Source: an uncultured Bacteroidia bacterium (GTDB taxonomy: Bacteria; Bacteroidota; Bacteroidia; Bacteroidales; ML635J-15). Taken from it: a stretch of 64,000 bases of DNA. This document shows, in pieces, positions 37,752 through 46,997 of this stretch. Each line of letters opens with the position of its first letter. The first letter of the stretch is position 1. The notes beneath the pieces were generated by a model, which searched no databases, was not told the DNA's origin, and was given only the letters and a program-made list of their open reading frames with translations. Location of the stretch: the NCBI GenBank assembly GCA_902776565.1, contig CACYQN010000007.1, forward strand, positions 105 to 64,104. Reading direction: 5' to 3'. The position numbers and the translations under genes were made by a program.

Positions 37752-37856
37752 GTAGCGGCGCAATGATTTGCGCCGAATATAATCATTGCACCGAATACAA
37801 TTTTGCGCCGAATTAATTTCAAAATTTGTAGCAATGTTGCGAGCAACGTCAGCTAC
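37752..37856. repeat. Cluster of REP-like hairpins and 17-nt direct repeats in the divergent PKD2/holB spacer
   Basis: GTAG CGGCGCAA tgat TTGCGCCG lies at 37752-37775. Three TTGCRCCGAAT-containing units start at 37768, 37786 and 37803. GTAGCAATGTTGCGAGCAACGTCAGCTAC lies at 37828-37856. Its minus strand reads GTAGCT GACGTTGC tc GCAACATT, the same stem as the element at 33142. Confidence 0.65.
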
Positions 37857-37911
37857 ATAGAAATTTTGAAAGGAAAATCGCAGACGAAATAAATATTCCG
37901 ATATTTTTTCG

Positions 37912-37919
37912 TATCTTTG
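37912..37919 (+). promoter_or_regulatory. Candidate -7 box TATCTTTG for holB
   Basis: It fits TAnnTTTG and lies 25 nt upstream of ATG 37944. Confidence 0.5.
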
Positions 37920-37943
37920 CGGTTTGTTTTCATTTTTGCAGAA

Positions 37944-39068
37944 ATGAGATTCAAGGACGTAATAGGACAGGACGAAATCAAGAGCAGGCTCGTGCAGGCT
38001 TACAAGGAAAACCGCGTGAGCCACAGTTACTTGTTCTTCGGTGCGCCGGGTGTCGGCAAGATGGCGTTGGCAATAGCTTTCGCCCAGTACCTTTCGTGCG
38101 AAAACAAACAGGAAGGCGACAGTTGCGGCGTATGCCCGAGCTGCCAGAAGTACGAAAAGCTGGTACATCCCGACTTGCACTTCGTTTTCCCATACATCAC
38201 TTCGTCAAATTCGCAAAACAAGGCCGTGAGCGACACCTACATCGACCTTTGGCGACCGATGGTGAACAAAAGCCCCTATTTTTCGTACCGCGACTGGACA
38301 AACAACCTACAGAGTGAAAACAAACAATGCCAGATATACGCTGCCGAATCGGCGGAAATCATCAAAAAGGTTAGCCTAAAGACCTACGAATCCGACTACA
38401 AGGTAATGATAATCTGGTTGCCCGAAAAGATGAACACCGAGTGCGCCAACAAAATCCTGAAAATCCTCGAGGAACCGCCACACAACACGGTATTCCTGCT
38501 CGTGAGCAACAACCGCGAGGACATTCTGCCCACAATACAGTCGCGCACCCAGCCCATAAAGGTCCTCGGAATAGCCGACGAACCGCTGAAGCAGGCTCTG
38601 GTTGAACGTTTCGGCATAACCGACGACGAAGCCGCCGACATCGTTAAGATTAGCAACGGCAGTTTCCTCGAAGCACGCCAGCAAATCGAACAGGACGAAG
38701 AAAATGCATTCAATTTCGAGAACTTCAAGTTCCTAATGCGAACCTGTTACAGCGGGGATGTGGTTACGGCACTTGCATTTGCAAAGGAAATCGCAAAACT
38801 GTCGCGCGAACGGCAGAAAAGTTTCATCGACTACTGTCTAATTATGGTCCGCGAAAACTTTGCAAGGAACATCAACTGCAACGTCGCCTACCTCACAAAG
38901 GACGAAGACGCATTTGCCAAGAACTTCTCACGTTTCATAAACGAAAGAAATATCAATAACTTTATAACAATTTTCAATGATTCATATTACCAGATTGAAC
39001 GCAACGGAAATTCGGAGATAATTTTTACCGACACCGCGTTCAACATAATGAAAATAATACGCAAATAA
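37944..39068 (+). CDS. holB: DNA polymerase III subunit delta-prime
   Basis: I prefer ATG 37944 (MRFKDVIGQDEIKSRLVQ). The gene has the Walker A-like FFGAPGVGK, a zinc module CGVCPSCQK and the motif TIQSRTQ. Confidence 0.8.
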   Translation: MRFKDVIGQDEIKSRLVQAYKENRVSHSYLFFGAPGVGKMALAIAFAQYLSCENKQEGDSCGVCPSCQKYEKLVHPDLHFVFPYITSSNSQNKAVSDTYIDLWRPMVNKSPYFSYRDWTNNLQSENKQCQIYAAESAEIIKKVSLKTYESDYKVMIIWLPEKMNTECANKILKILEEPPHNTVFLLVSNNREDILPTIQSRTQPIKVLGIADEPLKQALVERFGITDDEAADIVKISNGSFLEARQQIEQDEENAFNFENFKFLMRTCYSGDVVTALAFAKEIAKLSRERQKSFIDYCLIMVRENFARNINCNVAYLTKDEDAFAKNFSRFINERNINNFITIFNDSYYQIERNGNSEIIFTDTAFNIMKIIRK

Positions 39069-39069
39069 G

Positions 39070-40272
39070 ATGGAAGACAGAATTATAAATATCCCGACCG
39101 ACAATTGCGACGAAAACTATTGTTCGTTCTCGGCAAAAGGCTGCTGCAACAAACTCAACGTTTACGACTGGCTTGCCGACATCAACGACCCGCTTGCACA
39201 GTCGAGATATGTTGAAGTAAGGTTCAAGAACACCCGCAAGGGCATCTACGAAAACAACCTTGACCTGCCGTTGCAGGTTGGCGACATCGTGGCTGTGGAA
39301 TCGTCGCCCGGACACGACATCGGAATAGTCTCGGCAATTGGGCAGATTGCCTGCTACCAGATGAGGAAAATCAAGAACCTCCGCCTTGCCGAAATAAAGA
39401 AAATCTACCGCAAGGCTCGCGCCAACGACATCAAGAAATGGCAGGAGGCAATAGCCCTCGAACGCCCGACAATGCTCCGCACTCGCGAACTAGCCGAGGA
39501 ACTCGGGCTGTCGATGAAAATCGGCGACACCGAATTTCAGGGCGACAAGACCAAGGCTATCTTCTACTACATAGCCGAGGAACGCGTCGATTTCCGCGAA
39601 CTTATCAAGCGTATGGCCGAGGAATTCCATATCCGCATCGAAATGAAGCAAATCGGCGCTCGTCAGGAAGCTGGAAGAATCGGTGGGATAGGTCCTTGCG
39701 GCCGTGAACTTTGCTGTACGACTTGGATGTCGGACTTCAACTCGGTATCGACCAACTCGGCTCGTCTGCAGGAACTTACGCTTAATCCACAGAAACTGGC
39801 AGGACAATGCAGCAAGTTGAAATGCTGCCTCAACTACGAACTCGGCGTTTACCTCGATGCACGCAAGGACTTCCCCGAAAACGCATCGATACTGCGCACA
39901 AAGGAAGGCGAGGCTCACCACATCAAAAACGACATCTTCAAAAAGCAGATGTACTACGAAGTACGCATAAACGACATTCCTACCATCAAAATCCTTGATG
40001 TTGACACTGTAAAAAGCATTGTAGAACAGAACAGGAATGGAATCTTGCCAGAAAATGTCTTCGAGATGCAAAAGACCGGTTCTCGTTCTATTTCGTACAC
40101 CGACGAACTTAACTCGGAAAGCATCACCCGCTTCGACAAGGCAAAGAAGCAGAACAAAAACAAGAACCGCAACAAGAACAACAACAAGAGGCAGGGCAAG
40201 CCACAGGACGGTCAGCAAAAAAATACAGAAGAGCACAAGACACCGAAGATTAACAAAAAGGAACAGGAATGA
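39070..40272 (+). CDS. PSP1 domain protein (RicT/YaaT-like) with a Lys/Asn-rich tail
   Basis: A 400-aa ORF with a PSP1 core (VEVRFKNTRKGIYENN...GDIVAVESSPGHDIGIV) and a Cys cluster (CGRELCCTTW, CSKLKCC). Confidence 0.8.
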   Translation: MEDRIINIPTDNCDENYCSFSAKGCCNKLNVYDWLADINDPLAQSRYVEVRFKNTRKGIYENNLDLPLQVGDIVAVESSPGHDIGIVSAIGQIACYQMRKIKNLRLAEIKKIYRKARANDIKKWQEAIALERPTMLRTRELAEELGLSMKIGDTEFQGDKTKAIFYYIAEERVDFRELIKRMAEEFHIRIEMKQIGARQEAGRIGGIGPCGRELCCTTWMSDFNSVSTNSARLQELTLNPQKLAGQCSKLKCCLNYELGVYLDARKDFPENASILRTKEGEAHHIKNDIFKKQMYYEVRINDIPTIKILDVDTVKSIVEQNRNGILPENVFEMQKTGSRSISYTDELNSESITRFDKAKKQNKNKNRNKNNNKRQGKPQDGQQKNTEEHKTPKINKKEQE

Positions 40273-40748
40273 GAAAGCATATATTACTGATAATTTTGGC
40301 CTTTGCATCTATGGCTCTTGCTTCGTGCGACCGCAACAAGGTTTACGAGGAATATGTGGAAATTGACGACTATGTATGGAACTCCGCAAAACCGTTGAAC
40401 TTCGAGTTCGAAGTCAGCGACACCTCCGCTTTGCACAACATTTATGTCAACGTTCGCCACGCAAACCAGTATCCGTACAACAACCTCTGGCTTTTCATAA
40501 ACTCTTGGTCGCCAAGCGGACAGAAAGCCGTAGATACACTTGAATGCCAGCTTGCCGACGAACACGGCAAATGGTCGGGCAGCGGATTGGGCGACATCTG
40601 GGACAACCAGATACTGTGGAAGAAAAATGTACGCTTCCCGAAGGCTGGAAAATATCACATCGAATACAATCAGGCAATGCGCATCGAAAACCTTGTGGGA
40701 ATTATGGACATGGGCTTGCGCGTAGAACTTGCCGACAACGAGGAATAG
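40269..40748 (+). CDS. gldH: Gliding-motility / T9SS-associated lipoprotein GldH
   Basis: A 159-aa ORF with the lipobox MALASC. The conserved holB-PSP1-gldH gene order and the sequence flavour (YPYNNLWLF) match GldH, from memory. Confidence 0.7.
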   Translation: MRKHILLIILAFASMALASCDRNKVYEEYVEIDDYVWNSAKPLNFEFEVSDTSALHNIYVNVRHANQYPYNNLWLFINSWSPSGQKAVDTLECQLADEHGKWSGSGLGDIWDNQILWKKNVRFPKAGKYHIEYNQAMRIENLVGIMDMGLRVELADNEE

Positions 40749-40750
40749 CT

Positions 40751-41380
40751 ATGAATTGTCCGTTGTGCAATTGCCTCACAGAAAAGTCGTTTGTCGCAAA
40801 CGGGAAAAATTACTACCGATGCGACAACTGCGGGCTTGTGTATATGGACGAAAACGACCACCTCTGTGCCGACGACGAGAAAAAACGCTATTCGTTCCAC
40901 CAGAACAGCATCGACGATGATGGTTATGTCTCCTTTCTCGGCCGCGTAATCGAACCAACGATGAAATATTTGTCGGCAGGAGCGAAAGGTCTTGACTACG
41001 GTTGCGGACCAAATCCTGTACTTGCACAGATAATCAAGGGCAAAGGCTTTGAATGCGATTTCTACGACCCTTATTTCTTCCCGCAATGCAACTTCAGTGC
41101 AAAATACGATTTCATATTCGCAACCGAATGCTTTGAACATTTCTTCAACCCCAGCCACGAACTTGACAAAATCTGCACTCTCCTGAACAACAACGGAATA
41201 TTAGGCATAATGACAGAATTTTTGCCACAAAACACAGATTTTGCCGACTGGTACTACAAAAACGACCCCACGCACGTTTGCTTCTACAACGAAAAAAGCA
41301 TCGGCTACATTTGCAACAAATACAATTTCAAGGAACTTTACAACGACAAGCATAGAGTAATCATTTTAAAGAAATTATGA
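40751..41380 (+). CDS. Class I SAM-dependent methyltransferase with an N-terminal zinc ribbon
   Basis: I prefer ATG 40751 because the track start at 40544 overlaps gldH in another frame. The zinc ribbon is CPLCN...CDNCG and SAM motif I is GLDYGCGPNP. Confidence 0.75.
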   Translation: MNCPLCNCLTEKSFVANGKNYYRCDNCGLVYMDENDHLCADDEKKRYSFHQNSIDDDGYVSFLGRVIEPTMKYLSAGAKGLDYGCGPNPVLAQIIKGKGFECDFYDPYFFPQCNFSAKYDFIFATECFEHFFNPSHELDKICTLLNNNGILGIMTEFLPQNTDFADWYYKNDPTHVCFYNEKSIGYICNKYNFKELYNDKHRVIILKKL

Positions 41381-43272
41381 CACCAAGCATCAACATATTG
41401 CGACGAATAACACCTCGGTGGGTAGTATTTTTGATTGACATTATTATATGTTTCGCATCTATACTTTTTGCCTACAACCTGAGGTTCAACTTCCACATTC
41501 CCGACACCGAAAGGTTCTTTATGCCAATGGGAATACTGATTGTAGCACTCATCAGGGCAATATCCTTCTTTATCGGCAAGACCTATTCCGGAATGGTGAG
41601 GTTTACCGGCACCCACGACATTGTGCGCATTCTCATCGTACTCGCCTGCGGTTCGGCAACTTTGGTGCTGGCCGATGTAATTAGCTTTGCAATAATTGGG
41701 AAATACATCGTTCCGCTTTCGATTGTCATAATCGACGCTTTCATATCCTCATCGACATTGATATTCTCGCGCCTACTCATAAAAATACTTTACCTTGAAT
41801 ACAACGGACAACCGAAATCCAGCAACAACGTGCTGATATACGGAATGGGAAACCTTGCGCAGACTACCAAGAGGGCAATCGAACGCGACCGTCGTACACA
41901 ATACAGAGTTGTGGGCTTTGTTGAGCATCATAAGCGAGTGGCAGGAAACAAGATTGACGGAATCAGGATTTACCACATAAAGGACCTTGAAAGCATCATT
42001 GATGAAAATAATGTCTCTCTTCTGATAATTTCGGAACGGAGCCTGTCGGTGGCACGCAAAAATTTCGTACTCGACATCTGCATATCCCACAACGTGGAAG
42101 TTCGCACAATTCCAGAAGTGACAAGTTGGGTAAACGGCGAACTTTCGGTCAATCAGTTGAAGAAATTCAAGATTGAAGACCTGCTCGAACGCCCCGAAAT
42201 ACATATCGACCAGGACGATATGAACCGCAACCTAAGCGGAAAAGTCATTATGGTGACTGGTGCCGCTGGTTCTATCGGTAGTGAAATAGTCCGTCAGCTG
42301 ACCAAATTCAACCCCAAGACGATAATTCTGTTCGACTGCGCCGAATCGCCACTTTACGACATCGAGCTTGAAATCCGCGAGGAATATAAGTTCAGCAACA
42401 TTGAAATTGTCATCGGTGATGTCCGCGACAAGGTTCTTGTTGAGCAGGTTTTCGACAGGTACAAACCCGAAATAGTTTATCACGCCGCTGCCTACAAGCA
42501 CGTGCCGATGATGGAAAACCATCCGTCAGAAGCGGTGATTACCAATGTAATGGGCAGCAAAATTCTTGCCGATACCGCCGTAAGGCACAATGTTGGCAAG
42601 TTTGTGATGATTAGTACCGACAAGGCTGTAAATCCAACAAATGTAATGGGTGCAAGCAAGCGAATAGCAGAAATCTACACTCAGTCGCTCAACAACACCG
42701 AAAATGTAAATACTCAGTTCATAACTACACGTTTCGGCAATGTCTTGGGTTCAAACGGTTCGGTGATTCCGCGTTTCCGCAAGCAGATTGAAAATGGCGG
42801 TCCTATTACCGTTACCGACCCCGAAATCACACGCTTCTTCATGACAATCCCCGAAGCCTGCCAGCTCGTACTTATTGCTGGAAACATGGGCAAAGGCGGT
42901 GAAATATTCATTTTCGACATGGGACAGCCCGTTAAAATTGCAAAATTGGCAGAAAAGATGATTCTTCTGTCGGGATTGAAGGTCGGCGACGACATTGAAA
43001 TAAAGTACACAGGCCTGCGCCCTGGCGAAAAACTTTACGAGGAACTTCTTGCGACCAAAGAAAATACGATTCCTACTGAAAACAAACAGATTATGGTCGC
43101 CAAGGTTCGCGTGTACGACCATTCCGAAGTTTCAAAGCCTATCGAACACCTCATCGAGATTGCACCAAATAGGAACGATATGGAAATTGTAGCCGAGATG
43201 AAAAAGATTGTACCCGAATTTGTCAGCAACAATTCGGTGTTCGAGAAGTTGGACAAGCAAAACGCCAACTGA
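41377..43272 (+). CDS. Membrane-anchored polysaccharide biosynthesis protein (CapD/PglF/WbpM-type NDP-sugar 4,6-dehydratase)
   Basis: A 631-aa ORF with 4 N-terminal TM segments, the motif VTGAAGSIGSE and the catalytic context YKHVPMME / MGASKR. Confidence 0.85.
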   Translation: MTPSINILRRITPRWVVFLIDIIICFASILFAYNLRFNFHIPDTERFFMPMGILIVALIRAISFFIGKTYSGMVRFTGTHDIVRILIVLACGSATLVLADVISFAIIGKYIVPLSIVIIDAFISSSTLIFSRLLIKILYLEYNGQPKSSNNVLIYGMGNLAQTTKRAIERDRRTQYRVVGFVEHHKRVAGNKIDGIRIYHIKDLESIIDENNVSLLIISERSLSVARKNFVLDICISHNVEVRTIPEVTSWVNGELSVNQLKKFKIEDLLERPEIHIDQDDMNRNLSGKVIMVTGAAGSIGSEIVRQLTKFNPKTIILFDCAESPLYDIELEIREEYKFSNIEIVIGDVRDKVLVEQVFDRYKPEIVYHAAAYKHVPMMENHPSEAVITNVMGSKILADTAVRHNVGKFVMISTDKAVNPTNVMGASKRIAEIYTQSLNNTENVNTQFITTRFGNVLGSNGSVIPRFRKQIENGGPITVTDPEITRFFMTIPEACQLVLIAGNMGKGGEIFIFDMGQPVKIAKLAEKMILLSGLKVGDDIEIKYTGLRPGEKLYEELLATKENTIPTENKQIMVAKVRVYDHSEVSKPIEHLIEIAPNRNDMEIVAEMKKIVPEFVSNNSVFEKLDKQNAN

Positions 43273-43273
43273 T

Positions 43274-44266
43274 ATGATGGGAATGATGCTTGTATCGGTG
43301 CTTGTCCTGAGCTTTTTGTTGGTAGCCATACCGAATATCCTTTGGTTCGTAATATGGTTGATTGCCAAATGTTTCCACTATGCCCTGCCCTACGCTCCAT
43401 TCGGATGGACAGCCTTTGTGCTTGTCGCCTTTGCGTGGCTTGTGATGGCATACGGATTCTTCTTCGGTCGCTTCAAACTCGACATCAACAAATGGGAATA
43501 CTCGCACAAGAACATTCCAACAGCCTTCAATGGGTACAAAATTGTCCACATCAGCGACCTGCACCTTTCTACTTTCGATGACAATCCCAAGCAGCTGAAA
43601 CGCTTCATTGATTCCATCAATGCGCAAAATCCCGACCTTATATGCTTCACCGGCGACTTGGTGAGCCTTGGCGTGGAAGAAGCCGAGCCACACATAGAAA
43701 CACTAAAGCAAATGAAAGCCAATGACGGTATAGTCAGTATTCTCGGCAACCACGACTTTATAATTTACAGGCATCGTAGCGACTCAACATTCAACAGGGA
43801 AAATGCAGTCGCACGCCTCGACAGCCTGCAGCGCAACACTCTTGGCTGGCATTTGCTACGAAACGACAACTTCACTATTGAGCGCAACGGACAGAAGATA
43901 ACCGTCATCGGTGTTGACAACAAAAACTGCTCGAACCAAGGCTTCCGCACCATCGACATGGGCGATTTGCCAAAAGCAATGCAAGGCACTGACGGGTTCC
44001 ACATACTTCTCACCCACGACCCAAGCCACTGGCGCGGTGAAGTGGTCGGACAAACCGACATTCCGCTCACACTTTGCGGACACACCCACGCCGCACAAAT
44101 CAAACTTTTCGGATGGACTCCCGCCTCGTGGACTTTCACCGACACCGATGGTCGCTACGACGAAAACGGACAAACAATGTATATAAATGTAGGTCTCGGC
44201 TGTACACTTCCCGTAAGGCTTGGCGCAAATGCAGAAATTACAGTCATCACATTCAAAAGAGTTTAA
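43274..44266 (+). CDS. Membrane-anchored metallophosphoesterase
   Basis: I prefer ATG 43274 because the track start at 43208 is a TTG inside the previous gene. The motifs are HISDLHL, TGDLV, GNHD and CGHTH. Confidence 0.8.
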   Translation: MMGMMLVSVLVLSFLLVAIPNILWFVIWLIAKCFHYALPYAPFGWTAFVLVAFAWLVMAYGFFFGRFKLDINKWEYSHKNIPTAFNGYKIVHISDLHLSTFDDNPKQLKRFIDSINAQNPDLICFTGDLVSLGVEEAEPHIETLKQMKANDGIVSILGNHDFIIYRHRSDSTFNRENAVARLDSLQRNTLGWHLLRNDNFTIERNGQKITVIGVDNKNCSNQGFRTIDMGDLPKAMQGTDGFHILLTHDPSHWRGEVVGQTDIPLTLCGHTHAAQIKLFGWTPASWTFTDTDGRYDENGQTMYINVGLGCTLPVRLGANAEITVITFKRV

Positions 44267-44297
44267 GTTAGTATATATCAGCACATTACACTATAAT

Positions 44298-44335
44298 CAT
44301 AAAATAATCATCATTTTTTTGATGATTATTTTATG
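44298..44335 (+). terminator. Perfect 16-bp-stem AT-rich hairpin downstream of the metallophosphoesterase gene
   Basis: CATAAAATAATCATCA tttttt TGATGATTATTTTATG. There is no U-tail beyond the T-rich loop. Confidence 0.5.
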
Positions 44336-44438
44336 ATGAAAATAGAATGCTCTCTTCACATTTTTTCCAGGCGACTTTTTTTCACTTCCTCAGGCAACGA
44401 AATCGCCTTTTCAGTTGTCATTATTAAGAATCATTTTT

Positions 44439-44446
44439 TATTTTTG
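44439..44446 (+). promoter_or_regulatory. Candidate -7 box TATTTTTG
   Basis: It fits TAnnTTTG and lies 19 nt upstream of ATG 44465. Confidence 0.5.
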
Positions 44447-44464
44447 TAACGAAATTTTGATGCG

Positions 44465-46969
44465 ATGAAAAGGTTTTTACTTACAATAGCGATTGCAATG
44501 TGTAGCACATTGGCTTTCTCGCAAAGCATAACTCTCAGTTTTACAGGGCAAACCATACGTGGTCGCTACGTGGATATGGACAGCATTAGGATTAACAACC
44601 TGACGCAGGGCTGGACGGCGACGCTTGTTGCACCCGACACGTCCTGTTCATTCGACCTTACAGCGATAAAAATCAACAGCGCGATGCCTGCCGAACTTTC
44701 GCAGAATGTTCCAAACCCATTCTACGGCACCACCGAGGTGAACCTTGCCCTGCCCAAACCCGACAAGGTAAACATGCAAGCTCTCGATATGGGCGGGCGC
44801 GTATTTGCCAACTACAACGGCAACCTGCCCGAAGGCGAACACCGATTTGCTGTAAGCCTTGCCTCTCCGCAGAGTTACCTGCTGTCGGCAACGACTTCCA
44901 GAGGTACATCGTCGGTGAAGATGGTGAACCTCGGTAGTGGAGGAACTAACTCGATAACCTACATTGGGCAGGTGGCAGGAAAAGCATTGCGCGATGGCGA
45001 CTACGACCTTGCAATAGGCGATGCCCTTGAATGTACCGGCTACACAACCTACTGCGATTCTATTTACGAAAGCGAAGCATTAGATGTTACCGTAGGCGAT
45101 TCAAATACGCAGCAGACGTTGCGGTTCAATCTTAGGTCGGGCGTTACGGTTGATGAAATAACTGCCTGCGGAGGATACACATGGATAGACAACAACCGAT
45201 ATGTGGAAAGCAACAACACTGCAACATACACGCTTAGGAATAGTATGGGGTGCGATTCAGTTGTTAGACTCGACCTTACCATTTATCCAATATATTACAC
45301 ACAACCGAGAATAGATGCATGCGACAGCTATGAATATAATGATACTATTCTTACGGAAACGGGGACATACACATTTCATCTACAAACAGTTCATGGTTGC
45401 GACTCTATTATATATCTGCATCTCCACATAAGAAATGAAACCCACGAAATTGACTCCACCGTCTGCGACAACTACGAGTGGGAAGGACAGACATACACCG
45501 AGGACAGGACATTCTCGACCACATACGAAAACCAATACGGATGCGACAGCACCATAGTCGTAAACTTCCACGTGAACCATTCAACCGAAACAATAGACAC
45601 GAGAGAGGAATGCAGTTCGTTCGTGTGGATTGACGGCAACACCTACACCGAAAGCAACAACGAGGCAACCTACACCTATATTGCAGAAAACGGTTGCGAT
45701 TCGGTTGTTCGCCTTAACCTTACGATAACGCGCATTGAGCATGAGTTTGATGTTCAAGAATGCGGTGCATACCGGTGGGACGGACAGAATTACTCCCAAA
45801 CTGGGGACTATACAAAGACATACACCGCTGCAAACGGCTGCGACAGCGTAGTAACAATGCACTACACACGGCTCTCAAACTATATATACGATACCATATA
45901 TGCATGCGATTCCTATACGTGGATTGACGGCAATACATATACAACAGAAACTCCCACAGGTCTTAGCTATATACGTAGGGTCCTCACATATACCAACTCG
46001 CACGGTTGCGACAGCACAATTGAAATGAGACTGTTCCTTCGCGTCAACAATGTCACTGATACCCACCGCGCCTGTGATTCCTACACTTGGATTGACGGCA
46101 ATACATATACCGAAAGCAACAACACAGCCACTGTAACATATACAAACCAGTATGGCTGCGATTCGGTTGTGCATCTAAACCTTACCATAGGGCACACTGA
46201 CAATACAGTACACGAAGTTACAGCCGAGGAATGTTCCTACTACCGGATGTCCAGCGGTGAGTATTTTACAGAAAGTGGCGACTACCAGCGAACCCTGCAA
46301 TCTTCCTGCGGATGCGACAGCATAGTGCTTTTACATCTGACAATTACAGGAGAAAACGGACTCGAAGGTACATTCTATGATGAGCGCGACAACATTACAT
46401 ATCGCACAATACAATATGGTTGCCAGACATGGTTTGCCGAGGACTTGAGGACTAATTACTATGCGGACGGAACACAAATAGGGACTCCACCATCAAATTC
46501 AGGATATGTATTTTACTACTATAGGTATAGCAATCACGGAGGATACTTTTATGCCCCTTTTGTCGCTAATGGAGGTGTTTGTCCTATGGGGTGGCATATC
46601 CCATCAAGGACAGAATGGGAGGAACTGTTTACAATGTTAAGAATACGCGACGAATACATCTGTGGAAACGACAGCAGCGTATTAAAGGCAATATCTTCCA
46701 CTTCAGGATGGAATTCCTCTAATGTTGAATGTTCTCCTGGCTATGATATGGCAACAAATAATTCCAGCAACTTAGGACTAAATCCAGACGGAGCCGCTTG
46801 GACATTCCGAGAAGAAAAATCTATATTATCTGGTGTTGGTGAATATGCTAGTTATGTAATATCCTCTCCTGACGTAATGAGAATCTTTAAGAGTGATACA
46901 ACCCCGAGAATTTATGAGTATCCATCATCATCTTGGGCACTTTTAGTTAGATGTGTAAGGGATAACTAA
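44465..46969 (+). CDS. Secreted protein with eight ~40-aa two-cysteine repeats and a C-terminal FISUMP (Fibrobacter succinogenes major paralogous) domain
   Basis: A signal peptide is present. The repeats look like ACDSYTWIDGNTYTESNNTATVTYTNQYGCDSVVHLNLTI. The C-terminus reads YRTIQYGCQTWFAEDL...CPMGWHIPSRTEWEEL...GWNSS...LLVRCVRD. Confidence 0.8.
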   Translation: MKRFLLTIAIAMCSTLAFSQSITLSFTGQTIRGRYVDMDSIRINNLTQGWTATLVAPDTSCSFDLTAIKINSAMPAELSQNVPNPFYGTTEVNLALPKPDKVNMQALDMGGRVFANYNGNLPEGEHRFAVSLASPQSYLLSATTSRGTSSVKMVNLGSGGTNSITYIGQVAGKALRDGDYDLAIGDALECTGYTTYCDSIYESEALDVTVGDSNTQQTLRFNLRSGVTVDEITACGGYTWIDNNRYVESNNTATYTLRNSMGCDSVVRLDLTIYPIYYTQPRIDACDSYEYNDTILTETGTYTFHLQTVHGCDSIIYLHLHIRNETHEIDSTVCDNYEWEGQTYTEDRTFSTTYENQYGCDSTIVVNFHVNHSTETIDTREECSSFVWIDGNTYTESNNEATYTYIAENGCDSVVRLNLTITRIEHEFDVQECGAYRWDGQNYSQTGDYTKTYTAANGCDSVVTMHYTRLSNYIYDTIYACDSYTWIDGNTYTTETPTGLSYIRRVLTYTNSHGCDSTIEMRLFLRVNNVTDTHRACDSYTWIDGNTYTESNNTATVTYTNQYGCDSVVHLNLTIGHTDNTVHEVTAEECSYYRMSSGEYFTESGDYQRTLQSSCGCDSIVLLHLTITGENGLEGTFYDERDNITYRTIQYGCQTWFAEDLRTNYYADGTQIGTPPSNSGYVFYYYRYSNHGGYFYAPFVANGGVCPMGWHIPSRTEWEELFTMLRIRDEYICGNDSSVLKAISSTSGWNSSNVECSPGYDMATNNSSNLGLNPDGAAWTFREEKSILSGVGEYASYVISSPDVMRIFKSDTTPRIYEYPSSSWALLVRCVRDN

Positions 46970-46997
46970 TTTTCTCACCAACCGACCGATATTATTT

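Noticed and set aside
37623-38193. Minus-strand ORFs of 185 aa and 71 aa spanning the PKD2/holB spacer and the holB 5' end
   Set aside because: They cross the REP-like cluster and the holB promoter and are antisense to holB. They contain no motifs.
39490-40308. A 272-aa minus-strand ORF
   Set aside because: It is antisense to the well-supported PSP1 gene and the gldH start. The product is a hydrophobic, low-information sequence.
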